From Welwitschia mirabilis (Eukaryota), in NCBI GenBank assembly GCA_051453625.1, contig JBOZIK010000001.1, positions 18,898,286-18,947,764 of the forward strand: a stretch of 49,479 nucleotides of DNA. The letters run 5' to 3'. The notes under the pieces were generated by a model. It did no database searches. It was given only the letters and a program-made list of their open reading frames with translations, and was not told the DNA's origin. Made by a program: the position numbers and the translations under genes. This document shows, one piece after another, positions 26,014-39,155 of the stretch; the stretch's first letter is position 1; every line of letters starts with the position of its first letter.

Positions 26014-27230
26014 TGTTATAGTATGAATTTGTGCAATCTTTAAGTCCTTAGGTAAAACTTGTAAATCAATACTTGTAAAAATATACATACTAGCATAGAT
26101 GAGAGTTAACCTGAATGTCCTAATCAATTGAAGGCACTAGGCTAGAATATAGAGAATTAATTTTACAAAGTATTTTTAGACTTTTTTCATTTTATAAATG
26201 AAAATAAAGGTTGATGCAAATGTAATGCAAGATGAATAATGATGAAATGCAAATGGATGAAATATAAGTGTAATGAATATATTTGAATTCCAATTCTTTT
26301 GTTACAAACTTAGATCAATTAGGAAGAGCTATTACTTATTCCTAACCAACATAAGATATAAAATATATCAAAAAGACTATGAATAAATGCAAATATGGAA
26401 ATGGAATGAAATGAAATGCAATACAAGATCTAAACTAATAATGTCAACTTTAACAAAGGTTGCCCTTATGATCTAGATAAACTATGAAGCTGTAACAGAT
26501 TTATAATCAACTTAGAAGTGAAAAAAGTTCTTGTATTAATCATGAACTAACATTCACTTACAAAGGAAATAATAGCACCTTAATAGAGGATACTTAGCTC
26601 AACACTAAGGAAAACTTCTCTTTATAGCTATGGATAGACACTGTACCCTTCAATCTCATATTACAAGAATATTTGATACCAAAGATGAAAATGGAAGTAA
26701 AGGTAAAAGGTATATTTATAGTTTTATATTAAAGTTCTAGAAGTAAAACCCTATAAGTTGAAGAAGAAATCCTTACAACCCACATGGGATGCATGACCCC
26801 ATTACAAATATAACTTATTTTCATTCATACAAAATAGCTTTTGTCCTGTCAGTCATTTGGATGACAGTGGGGATGATACCCCATAACAAGAGGTAAGTTA
26901 TTAGCATTTGACTCCACAGTTAGCCCTATAGTCTAGAGTCCAAGACAACATCTTTGTCATCTTGACTATCATCTAGATAACATAGGGAATGATAGTCTTC
27001 TTAATGCTTTTATCTAAGAGAAATTAGCTTTCTACATCATTGATCATTTCCTTCAAATGCTAAGTATCAGAATATGGCTAGAATACCTCCAAATATGCTA
27101 AGACTTACACATTTCCATGATCATCCCCTCAACTCTCTCTAATCATTAGAATTGCATCTAAACCTGTATAAATATTTTACAAAAATACTCAAAATACCCC
27201 AATAAATATATATAAATTGACATCACAATA
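26014..27230 (-). repeat. 5' LTR of Athila-type element
   Basis: tgttatagta...catcacaata; colinear with 16501-17746; followed by TSD gctta. Confidence 0.92.
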
Positions 27231-28975
27231 GCTTAGTGATTTGTTATTATAGTGATGATACTACTTCTTGTATTATTTTAAGTTAAGAACTTATATAAAT
27301 CAAGTGTTAAGAAGTTTAATCTCTATTTCATATTGGTTGCTTACTATTTTTTTTATTTAAATATTAATGATGTGAAACTATCTTAAAATATAAGATAATT
27401 TATAAAGAAAACATAGAAAGTATAATTATAACATTGTATTTTTCTAAAAATGGATTTTTCCTTTTTTTCCACTCTCTTTAGTCACACTAAATGTTTTAGA
27501 AATGGTAAGCTATACTACTTGTTTTTTCTTGCAATAGGTTCTTTAAATGAACCTATAAAGAATGGGTATACTTACTTGAATCTTGAATTCGATGAATTCT
27601 AATTTTACTAATATTCATATACCATTTATTCTAAGGTCTCTAATTTTCTTAGTAGTATATCTCTTAAAATAAAGAAAATGATTAATATTTTTATAAATTT
27701 TTTATTTTATCAAAAAGAGACTTCTTTTAAGTATTAAAATGATTTAGGATGGCTATATAAAAATAGGAAATAAATAAAAATAGAAGAAGTAAAAAAGAAA
27801 AAGAAATGAAAAGTTTTTAAAAATAATGAAAATAGAAAACCACTATAAGAAAGTAAAAGATAAACATAAAGAAAAGAAGTACTTAGGAAAAGTAAGGGAT
27901 TAGGAGTAAAAGAAAATAATTGTTAAACTTGAAAAGCAGAGAGTAGAATAAACATAAGTAAAAGGGTTTGAATTTTATAATTTAAATCTTTAAAATGGAA
28001 ATATATCTACTCAATCTATTCTAATATTTCAAATCACTAATGGCTTATTAGAAACAATGTTAAAAAGTAACAAGCAGTTAGAAACTAACTAATCTAATCA
28101 TGACTTATTTATCATTTTTGTGGAAGCATCTAGATTGAATTTGAAATAATAATAACTATAATTGAGTTAATCACATGTAACTAATTACTTTTCCTAATTA
28201 ATAAATAATAATAACTTAATTAAATTTAAATATTATTGTGAAAAGAAAAGGAAAGAAAAATAAAATAATTGACTTCAACATTTACATGCATCTAAAATAA
28301 AAGATGTAACAAGATGGATTATATAAAGTTAATCATCTATCATCCTATGAATAACATATTTAAGTAAATTAAAATGACTTGAAAATTGTTCCCCTAATGA
28401 AGCTATGAATGGAGTGAATAGAGATACAATGATCTACACTAAGAATTACATCACTATTAAACTAATTATATGCATGTAAAATTAATACAAATATAAATAA
28501 CATAAGTAAAATGAAGTAAAGTCAACTCATATACTTGAAAACTACTCTTATATTCTAATTAACATTGTAATAATCTAAAAGGATTCAAAAAAAAAAAAAA
28601 AAAGAGGAGTTGGTCCAATTGTATTCTAGTAACATTTCGATAAGAAAGCCTGGAATAGATCACATGTTAAGAAACCAATTAAGCATGAGGTAACATAGAA
28701 CCCAAGTTATATTATAGAGGAAATGGAATTACAACTAGCATTAGAGTGATTTCTTCAAGTGAAGTCAACAGTCTGATGACTTAGAGATAAGTTATATTTA
28801 TAGTGGAGTTTATAAAGCTAAGTTGGAAAAGTCTAGTATTAAGTCAAATTCAACTAGGCAGTAGTGAAAATAATAATTAATTTAACATTTAATTTTATTT
28901 TTAAGTTCTTGTATTTTCTTTTAGAATGTTTCTCTCTTTGCCTTTTATTATTGTCATGCAATAAATATAAATGAT

Positions 28976-29520
28976 TATCTCTTCATCTTTTATTATCCGA
29001 TCATTTAAAATGGCTATCTCTTAGTCTTCTATTATCATCATGTGATAATATTAAATGTTTATCTCTTAATTTTCTATAATTACTAATCTAAAATTCCTTT
29101 ATCTGCACCTTTTATCATCATCATGTGATAAATCTAAAATTCTTATCTTTTCATCTTCTATTATTACTCAATAAGAAAATAGTTTTATTACTTCTTCTTA
29201 TAACATGACAATTTAAACATAATTATTCTTTTTTTATCATCAAGTAATAGTCATCATTTAACTAAAAATAGTGGTTTCTATTTATCAATGATCGATAATG
29301 TCTTTTTACCTTAGTTATGTATGTGAAATATTTTATGAACTAGTTTTCTCTATTACTAGGTTATAACTATTTACTTTTGTACAATACGCTTTCTCCTTGT
29401 TACTATGTGATAAACATGAGATATATTTTATCATTGCCTATTTTATATGATAAAATCTAGCTAAGGTATAAGATACTATTAAATTCACATCCTATTACTG
29501 AGTGATAGGATTATGATGAT
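28976..29520. repeat. Degenerate ~40-45 bp tandem repeat
   Basis: Units of about tatctctt.atcttctattatcatcatgtgataa start near 28976, 29015, 29060, 29100 and 29144, with weaker copies to ~29520. Confidence 0.55.
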
Positions 29521-30399
29521 ACTAAAAAAAGTTATTAAAGTTTTTAAAATAAAGACATGTAAATATTTCTTAAAATAATTTAATCTCATAAAATTACCCT
29601 TTTTATGATAAAGTGTCATTATATTATTTTAGTTTTAATAATTATTAGATAAAAATATATCATTAAATAATGACTTTAAATAGCTATCAAACCCTAATAT
29701 TAATAGTGATGAAAGCCAACTCCACTAAGGACAAATGTGAGTAAAGATAAATTGGAGGGCAACACTATGATTGATCATAAATGTAGAGATTAAGCAATAA
29801 AGAATTGGTCCTTCATGGCATAAGCACTATAATCTCAATGAAGCAATAAACCTTAAGAATAAAAATGGCCAATGTGAATTATGAAATAAATGTATGTAAT
29901 TATTTAGTCATATTTGGCTGTGAAACAATTCTACATGATCTAATTACAGAGTTATATTTTAAAATTTTACATTATCTTCCTAATAACTAGTAAAACTTTA
30001 AATAATTTCATCTCTCTTATCCTATTTCATAAATTAAAAGCTAAACCTCTCAAAGATGCAAAACCCACTATATGAATAGTAGACAATAATTTCCTGAAGT
30101 AAGATGACATAGAAATAATTCTAATCCTAAACCCTAAATCCTAAACCTTTTACATAATGGATTATGATGTTATCTTAGTAATGATATTTCTCATCCACCA
30201 CAATTTTATAATTAACTTTTGTCAATGGAAATCAATGGTTCATACTTTACTAAAAGAATAAATTTTTAAATGGTAGGAAGAAAGTAAGGAAATCTAATTA
30301 ATAATTCATGATAAAACTACTAAGGCATAAAAAAGGAAAAAACAATCTTTACTAGTCTTAATGAAACCCTCTAGTAATGAATTATTATTTATACTTTTC

Positions 30400-30908
30400 A
30401 AGGAAGCTAAGGAGTTTGATAAAATTTTTTAATACCTCACAATCCTACCTTTAAAGGAACATTTTAAGAACATGTCATTAACCTAATTTTAGAACCCAAA
30501 CTTATGGCAAGAACCCATATAAAATTTTAGTATTGAAACCCAAATAATTAAAGTTATAATTAAAGCTATATGTAGATAAATTAATTTAAGAATAAAAAAT
30601 TGGGTCTAATGTTTATCTATAGGCATTTCAATTCTATTTCTAAATAGTAATAATTACATTCTAAGACTATGTATTAAGTAGTACAAGTTAAATAAGATAA
30701 TGGTATAGAAGAAGTATCATCTACATAGGATAAATAATTTATTAAATAAACTTTATAAAGTTGCATTCTGTTTTTAAATTTTCATAAAGTAAGATTATCA
30801 CTAGATTGGAATCAAGAAGAATGATAATTACAAGATGGTATTTAGAATTAAATACTGTTATCATGAATTTGTAGTAATGTTCATTGGCCTAACAAATATG
30901 TGTACAAC
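30400..30908 (+). pseudogene. Chromovirus RT, N-terminal part
   Basis: LRLCIK*YKLNKI...KYHLHRINNLLNKL; YH*IGIKKNDNYKMVFRIKYCYHEFVVMFIGLTN (consensus YHQI.I...D..KTAFRTRYGHYEF.VMPFGLTN). Confidence 0.85.
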
Positions 30909-32168
30909 CATTGCGATGCCTATTTGTACAAACATTACATCCTTAAACACATCTTGAAAATCACAAATATATATATAGTACAATACAACACACTAATATA
31001 GATGAAAGTGATCCAAATGTTGTAATTCTATCAATAGCATAGGCAAGAAGAAAGAGAATTAATTTCAAAAACAGAATACTTATGCACTATATAATAGAAC
31101 AATAACAATGCAAAATAACATTGTAAATAAAAATACTATGCAAATGAGATGTAAGTTCTATTCTAAATGTAGCTTCTATTTGATTAGCAAATCAACCTAT
31201 CATAGACATTAGTCCTATAAAATTTAGATCGATCAAGGAAAGTCATCAGTAAACCAAGACCAACCTAAGCTATTAGGTACATCAAACAAAATATGAAAAT
31301 AATGCAAAGTTAATTTAGGAAATTAAATGTAATGAACCTAAACTAATAATGTCAACATTAAAAAAGGTTACCCTTATGATCTATATCACATATGAAGCTA
31401 TCATATAATTAAAATAAATGTAAAACATAAGGGAGATGAACATAACAAATTATATGAAAGGAAAAACAAAGTTTTAATTAAGTCAAACCAAACATCCATG
31501 TTATAAAGTAGCAACACCTTAGTGAAGAATACACAGCTCAACACCAAGAAGGATGTCACTCTATAATAATAAAGAATGGATTTCCTATCCTTTGATCTCT
31601 TGTAATAAGAATTTTTAGTGCCAAGAAAGATAAAATTGGAGTCAAGGGTAAGGAAGGTATTTATTAAAAAATAGATTCTAAAAACAACAAATAGTAACAG
31701 ATGCAGTAATAATCCTAATAATGTGTAAGAAGGTAAGAGCTACATGGTGAAAGTTTGGTTAAGTTTGGTAAAGCATTATTTTTCATTATCATTTTGCTAG
31801 TCATTTGGACATCACAGGAGATGATGCCACTCCATATAAGTTCCACATCAGCTGCTAGATTTATCCAATAAGAATCCTTCTTAAAATAAGTATTTATGTC
31901 ATCCGTACTGTCATCTAGACGTTAGGTGGATGATGGACTTTTGTAAAGTATTTCTTGTGTTAGATTAACCTCTTTTATTATAAGATTGCTACTTTAGATA
32001 GGAAGTATTATAATTTGCTTCAAATGCTGTCAAATGTAATGAAGATTGAATGTTTTATGACATTTTCCTTATCTCTCCATTATCATCAAAACTCAGCATA
32101 AACCTATCTAATGTCCTACAAAACCACTCAAAATACCCTATTAAAACATATAATTTGGTAGTGAAATA
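30909..32168 (-). mobile_element. Solo LTR of an Athila-type family
   Basis: Colinear with the LTR at 46090-47311, with no PBS/PPT or internal sequence on either side. TSD acaac (30904-30908) versus ataac (32169-32173). Removing it restores GLTNMCTT|FLSLMNDIF. Confidence 0.88.
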
Positions 32169-32173
32169 ATAAC

Positions 32174-33836
32174 CTTTTTGAGTTTAATGAATGATATCTT
32201 CAATTCATGCTTAGATAAAATTTTCATAGTATTTTTAGATGACATCTTTGTTTACTCTAAGGAAATAAAAATCATGTAATTTATTTTAACAAAACCTTAT
32301 ATTCATAAAAGAAAAATTCATTTAAAGATAAGTTAATAAAATATAATTTTTTCAAATAATTTATAATATATTTAAAATACATAGACTCTAAGAAAGACAT
32401 ATTCATAGATCCTATTAAGATAGGAAAAAAAAAAATTAAGGAGTGATTTGAACCTAAGAGCATTATAGAAGTAAAACTTTTTCTTGGTCTTATAGTATCA
32501 TATAGAAGATTAATATTAGATTTCTTATAACTTACAACACTTATGATAGATCTTACCAAATCCAAATCTATTTTCAATTTTGATATTCAGTGTTCTTAAT
32601 AATCTAGTTGCATGTTACTTTAATTTCCATCTTAAAACTTGAAAAATTAAATAAGTCATTCATGATAATAACACACACTTTAATATAAGAAGTATAAGTT
32701 ATTGTAAGATAGAATGAATAAGTTATTTCTTAGAAATCTAGAAACATTAATCCACATGAGAGTAATTATCCTATTCATGATTTGAAACTACTTGTAGTAG
32801 TACATGCTTTAAAGGTATGGCAACATGTTCCTTTGGAATGAAAATGATTATTAAATATAAATCATAAAAGCCTAAATTAATTTCAAAAGTAGCCACTTTT
32901 CAACATAAGGCAAAGAAGATGGAAAGAGATTCTAGTAGAATATAACTTTCACCTCTAGTATACATAATAAAAGTATAAGAAAGTAGAAATGAACTTAGCT
33001 AATTTGTGATGTATGTTAGTAAGTAACATTAAATCTATTCTTATCAACTACTTAAGAGAAGATTCTCCTGAGGACCATACTTAAACAATATTTTTAACAA
33101 GTAAGAAAATAAGTTAAAAACTTTATCATCTTTTAGAATTGATTATTAATGAAAAATAAAACTTTACATATCCTAGGGAAAATGAAGAATAAAACTAATG
33201 CTAAAAATTAACGAAGTGCATTGTGATTAACATCCAATGTTTCTGAGACATTCCCATGTAATGAGAAAGTATTATGTTTGGCTAAGAAAGAATGTAGATA
33301 TTAAGTAGTTCATAAAAAACTACCCCATTCATCTATAAGTTAAGATGAAGTAAGGTAAATATCTATAACTCCTTCAATCACTTATAACACTAAAGTGGAA
33401 AAGAAAGGAAATTATGATAGATTTTATCACTAGGATATCTCTCATAATAAAGTAACATTATGCCATATTTTTATATGTTGGCATATCGATTAAAATGGCT
33501 TACTTAATTTTATTTAACTTTACATTTTATGCAAGATGTGTTTAGACTTTATTTAGCTCATACATGATAGTTTTAGATAAATATTTTAAATTCCTATTTA
33601 AATTTTAATAAAATTTCTTTTGTCAGTTAGGAATCAAGATCTAATGTATTACTATCATCTAAAGAATGATAACTAAAAAAATGGCTTAACATAATTTTAG
33701 AATATATATTAAGAAGCTATATGCTTGGGATCTAAGGAATTCAAAAAGTTACTTGTACCTTGTAAAATTCCTATGTAATTATACTTTTTAAAACTTCCTC
33801 TAGTGCTTGTTATTTTAGTTGATATATAAAAGAAAT
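32174..33836 (+). pseudogene. Chromovirus RT C-terminus, RNase H and integrase core
   Basis: VFLDDIFVYSK (~32230-32260); HESNYPIHDLKLLVVVHALKVWQH; NHKSL; NIRQRRW; KWKRKEIMIDFIT (~33395-33430). Confidence 0.88.
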
Positions 33837-35196
33837 TGTTAGATTATGTTTTGTCAATTGATGTCAAACTAATGTTTTCTGTATAGCAAATTTTATGTAT
33901 CTTATGCAGAAGATGTTAATTACTTGTAGGTTAAAAGATAAAACTGAAACCATCAATTTCTGAGTACTAAAAACCTAGTAGTTATTTTACCATCTTGAGG
34001 GGTCGACTAGATTTCTGATGGGGTCAATCGGACCTATAACCTCAAGAACCAGTGTCCCTGAACCGAAAGGAAAGGGGTCAACCAGACCTTTATGGGATAA
34101 CTGTATTTGAAAACCTAATAAACAATATCCTTGGACTGAATAACAAGGGGTCGACTGGACTTATGATGGGGTCAACTGGATCTATCAACCAAGGAATAGT
34201 ACTACTGAAATAATTGTTAAGGATTTGACTGGACCTATGATGGAGGCGACCAGACCTAAGCACTGTGCAGCTAATATGCCTGAGCCGATCATCATGGGAT
34301 CAACCGGACACCTAAAGGGATCAACTGAACCTAAATGGGGTTGACCGAATATGGAGACATAAGAAATTGGGATGACCGAAATTCTCACTTGGGTGACCTG
34401 TGTAAGTCACGGCACCAGATGGGGTTAAATGGACTTTTAAGGAGTTGACCAGACAGATGGAAGTAAAACTTTTTAATCATTATGTATCTGTTGTGTAGAT
34501 ATTGGTTAGCTGTTTTCTAGTTGTTTATAGAAGCTGAAAACACATTTCAAATGTAATAAACCCTAAAATCCTTTTAATATAAATAGCTAAGACATAAATG
34601 GCCAAAGAATATTTTTGAACTATTTTTAATTGGGTGAATCTATTATACTTCTGACCGAAGTAGATCTATCATCTGTATCATCTCTACATTTAAGATCAGA
34701 TCCTGTGCTTTATTTGTATTACATCTATAAGAGAAGAGCTCCACCAAATCTACTAAATCAAGAACGAGTGATATCCATGTACTGTTGGCATCATTACATC
34801 ACTACCTTTCTTTGTGAAAGGTTAAGACTAAGCCTTAAAAAGTATGTTTAAAGCTTGAGACTAAGTCTAGAAAAGTCCATTTGTAAAGGTTACAGGTGAA
34901 CCTAGAATATCTAGTAGAGTAACAAAGATCCGAGATCTAGCTTGGAGATAAGCTAATCATCGAGAGTAAAGTAGGGGGTTTCCTAAACTACTATAAATCT
35001 AGTGTGTATCCATTTGGTATTTTTGTGCTTTCAGTCATTATTTCTTTACTTGTATTATTTTCCTATTTCATGCACATTTTGGATTAGTTAATTATTGTAT
35101 TTAAGTTTTGTTTAAGATTGAATTCATTTAAAATATCGTATTGCATCTTTTTCAAAAAACCTATTAACCTCCCCTCTAGGATTATCAATCCAATCA
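33837..35196 (+). repeat. SIRE 5' LTR
   Basis: tgttagattatg...ccaatca; colinear with 39767-41200 apart from a ~65 bp deletion near 34645. Confidence 0.93.
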
Positions 35197-35198
35197 AT

Positions 35199-35210
35199 TG
35201 GTATTAGAGC
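35199..35210 (+). promoter_or_regulatory. Primer-binding site (tRNA-iMet)
   Basis: tggtattagagc, one transition from TGGTATCAGAGC, 2 nt after the LTR. Confidence 0.9.
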
Positions 35211-35260
35211 AAGTTAAGTCTTTTCTTAGATCTTAACTAATCTAGACTTTAGAACCCCAC

Positions 35261-38200
35261 AATGAATTTTCACTTTGATGATTTTTCAAATATGCCCTTC
35301 CTCAATACTTGCACTTTTATCTATATATGTTGGACAACATATGGATATATTTTTAAATAGATTATAACTAGTGGAAATACACAGGAGTCAAGTGAAAGTG
35401 ACAAAAGAAATGCTTAAATACCTAATAAAGAAAGGAGACTTTTCTTTATGGCACTTGTGCCTCCATTGTAAAATATGCTCAATACATTAGATCATGATGA
35501 TCTTAATGTAGACAATGAAGAATAGGATGAGCTGGAAGACACCTATTAAGAGCTATATCAAGAATGTGACAAGCTAGCTAAAATGATAAATGATCTGAAT
35601 AAGATTATAAAATCCCTCACCAAGGAAAAGAAGGAAATGGATTCAAGTCTCAAAAGAATCAAATCAGAAAACTCCGATCTCACTCTAGAGGTAAAAGAGT
35701 TATCTTATTTTGTTAATAAATTTTCAAGTGGATCTATCAAACTAGAATAAATGCTTGAAGTTTAGAAACCTATTGGTAACAAGTTAGGTATTGGCTTCAT
35801 CTCTCAAAGACCTCAAAGACAACAAAATCAGATAACTAGTAATGGTAAGTTTCTTTCAAAAATAACTTGTCATATCTATGAAAGAATTAATCATTCATAT
35901 GCAATGCTAGAAAATTAGTATTGTTTTCAAACTCAATTAGTACTTTTCCATTTAAGTTTATTTTAAAAGAGGTGTACCACATAAGTCTAGAAAGACTATA
36001 TCAGTAAAATATAATGATCTTAAAAGTCTCTTAATTCAAACATCTTTCAAAGTTTTAAATAGTACAAGCTAGTATCTCGATAGTAGGTATTTGAGGTATA
36101 TGATAAGAGACAAATCCAGGTTCAAAGAACTAAACAACTTTAATGGAGGAGGTAAATTTCAGGAATAATGAAAGAGAAAAAATAGAAGGAATTGGAAGCA
36201 CTGGTGAAGGTAACCTTTCTAGAATTAATGAAGTTTTATATGTAAACAGTTTAAAGCATAATTTATTGAGCATTAGCCAAATTTGTGACAAAGGTCATAA
36301 GGTAGTTTTTGATAAATCAAAATGTAAAATTTTGCATGAAAGATCAAATGATGTAATTCTTAGAGCAAGTAAAATAGATAATGTTTATAACATAGATAAA
36401 TCATTTTCTTCATGTTATTTTTCAAATGTTCCTCAAGAAGAGCTGTGGCATAAATGATTTGAAAATGATTATTTATAAAAACATCATGAAAGGAATCCCT
36501 AAGATAAATGTGAAAAAAAGAGTCTTAGGTAATGCATGCCAAAAGGGAAAACAAATTAGGACCTCTTATAAAAGCAAAATCCAAACATCCACATCTATGC
36601 CATTAGAGCTTATTCGTATGGATCTAGTAGGGCCTGCTCAAACTTGAAGTCTAGGTGAAAAACATTATTTTCTCACCATGGTTGATGATTTCTCTAGATA
36701 TACTTGGGTATCCTTTTTGTCAAACAAATTTAAAGCTTATAAACATTGGGGTAAAATTTGCAATAAGATTAAAAACGAAAAGGAGTATACAATGAAGAAA
36801 ATAAGAAGTGATCATGATGGTGAATTTTAGAATCATTTTTTTGAGAAATATTACATTAAAAATGGAATTGATCATTAGTTTTCATCCCCAAAAAAACCAC
36901 AACAAAATGGTATAGCTAAAAGAAGAAATAAAGTCCTTAAAAAAATGGCTTAAACTATGCTAAATGATAAGAAAGTTCCTAAATCCTTTTGAGCTGAGGC
37001 AATTAGCCTAGCATGCTGTGTTATTAATAGAGTATATCTTAGATCTAATACTAATAAAACACCATACGAGTTATAGAAAGGAAGATAACCAAATGTGTCA
37101 TACTTTAAAGTCTTTAAAAGTAAATGATATGTGCTAAAAGATAGAGAACATTTGGACAAATTCAAGTTGTAGGCAGATGAAGCTATCTTCTTAAGTTACC
37201 CAACTAGAAGTAGAGCCTATTGTGTTTTAAACAAAAGAAGCTTAATGATAGAAGAGTTAATAAACATGTAAATTGATGAGATTAACACAAGACCAAACTA
37301 CACAGATGAGGAGGAAATCATAACTACAAGTATTCTCACAACCAATGAAGGTTCTATAGAAAGAAATAAAGTTCCAATAAAAGAAGGAACATCGAAAAAG
37401 CCCAAACTTATTAAAGATCATCCCGTTAGAATCCATTATTAGAGAAGTTAACTAAAAAATAAATACAAGAGGTTCCATGAAAAATTTGTGTGCTCACATT
37501 TGTTATGTCTCAAAGATAAAATTCAAGAAATTTGAAGAAGCAAAAATTCATGAGAAATGGATGATGACAATGCAAGATGAGCTGTAAAAATTCAAAAGAA
37601 ATGATGTTTAGAAGCTAATAGAAAGGACAAAAGATAAGAATATCATTGGAACTAAATGTATTTTTGAAAAAAAATGTGATGAAGAAAACAATATCATTAA
37701 AAAATAAAGCAAGGTTAGTAGCTCAAGGCTACAATCAAATAGAAGGCATTAATATAGGAGATACTTTTGCTTTCGTTGCAAGGCTGGATAGCATTAGAAT
37801 GTTTTTGTCCTTTGCAACTTTNNNNNNNNNNNNNNNNNNNNNNNNNNNNNNNNNNNNNNNNNNNNNNNNNNNNNNNNNNNNNNNNNNNNNNNNNNNNNNN
37901 NNNNNNNNNNNNNNNNNNNNNNNNNNNNNNNNNNNNNNNNNNNNNNNNNNNNNNNNNNNNNNNNNNNNNNNNNNNNNNNNNNNNNNNNNNNNNNNNNNNN
38001 NNNNNNNNNNNNNNNNNNNNNNNNNNNNNNNNNNNNNNNNNNNNNNNNNNNNNNNNNNNNNNNNNNNNNNNNNNNNNNNNNNNNNNNNNNNNNNNNNNNN
38101 NNNNNNNNNNNNNNNNNNNNNNNNNNNNNNNNNNNNNNNNNNNNNNNNNNNNNNNNNNNNNNNNNNNNNNNNNNNNNNNNNNNNNNNNNNNNNNNNNNNN

Positions 38201-39030
38201 NNNNNNNNNNNNNNNNNNNNNNNNNNNNNNNNNNNNNNNNNNNNNNNNNNNNNNNNNNNNNNNNNNNNNNNNNNNNNNNNNNNNNNNNNNNNNNNNNNNN
38301 NNNNNNNNNNNNNNNNNNNNNNNNNNNNNNNNNNNNNNNNNNNNNNNNNNNNNNNNNNNNNNNNNNNNNNNNNNNNNNNNNNNNNNNNNNNNNNNNNNNN
38401 NNNNNNNNNNNNNNNNNNNNNNNNNNNNNNNNNNNNNNNNNNNNNNNNNNNNNNNNGTATGTGCAAGATATTAGTCCCAACCAAAAGAATCATATCTTCA
38501 AGTAGTAAAAAGAATAATCAGGTATTTAAAAGGTACATGTAATTATGGCTTATGGTATTCCACAAAGACATCTTTTCAACTTGTAGGTTTAGTTATGTAG
38601 ATTGGGCTGGATGCAAAGATAATAGACAAAATACAAGTGGAAATTGCTTTGTACTAGGTTCATGTTTAGTGGGATGGACAAGCAAGAAGCAAACTCTATT
38701 TCTCTCTCTACTACAAAAGCTAAATATATTGCAGTAGGTAGTTGTTGCACTCATCTTTTATGGATGAAAGAAATATTAAAAGATTGTGATGTTAATTTTG
38801 AACAAGTTCCTATTTTCTGTGACAATACAAGTGCTATTAATATATTGAAAAATCCAGTTCAGCACTTAAGAATGAAGCATATTGAGCTAAGACATCATTT
38901 CCTATAGGATCAAGTTGAAAAAGGACACATATCTATGAATTTTATAACTTTAGACCAGTAATTGGCAGATATTTTTACTAAACCCCTAAATTTTGATACT
39001 TTTATTACTCTCAGAAATGAACTAAGGTTC
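35261..39030 (+). pseudogene. SIRE gag-pol pseudogene
   Basis: Coiled-coil gag ending KPIGNKLGIGF; protease *YLDSRYLRYMIRD (~36070); LKHNLLSISQICD; ACQKGKQ; LELIRMDLVGP; VDDFSRYTWV; KNKARLVAQGYNQIEGI; DWAGCKDNRQNTSG; IFCDNTSAINILKNPVQHLRMKHIELRHHF; ADIFTKPL. Confidence 0.93.
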
Positions 39031-39155
39031 TCTCACTATTCTATGGCTGATTACAAGATTGTCGACTAGATCCTTAATTCAGTCAACTAGATAAGTTCAG
39101 TTGATAGGTTTAAAACTCAGTTGCTTAAACACTCTAGGTTCTGTAGCTATCCTAG

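Larger units (their letters stand above)
16501..27230 (-). mobile_element. Complete (decayed) Athila-type Ty3/gypsy LTR retrotransposon
   Basis: Two ~1.2 kb LTRs; perfect 5-bp TSD GCTTA (16496-16500 and 27231-27235); PBS; PPT; gag-PR-RT-RH-INT on the minus strand. Confidence 0.93.

Noticed and set aside
30121-30150. Telomere-like ctaatcctaaaccctaaatcctaaacc
   Set aside because: Only one perfect CCCTAAA unit, and it lies in the gag-protease linker where Pro/Asn/Lys-coding repeats are common.
33990-34450. Spaced repeats superficially resembling a CRISPR array
   Set aside because: They are short degenerate motifs with irregular spacing, duplicated in both LTRs of a plant retrotransposon, with no cas genes.
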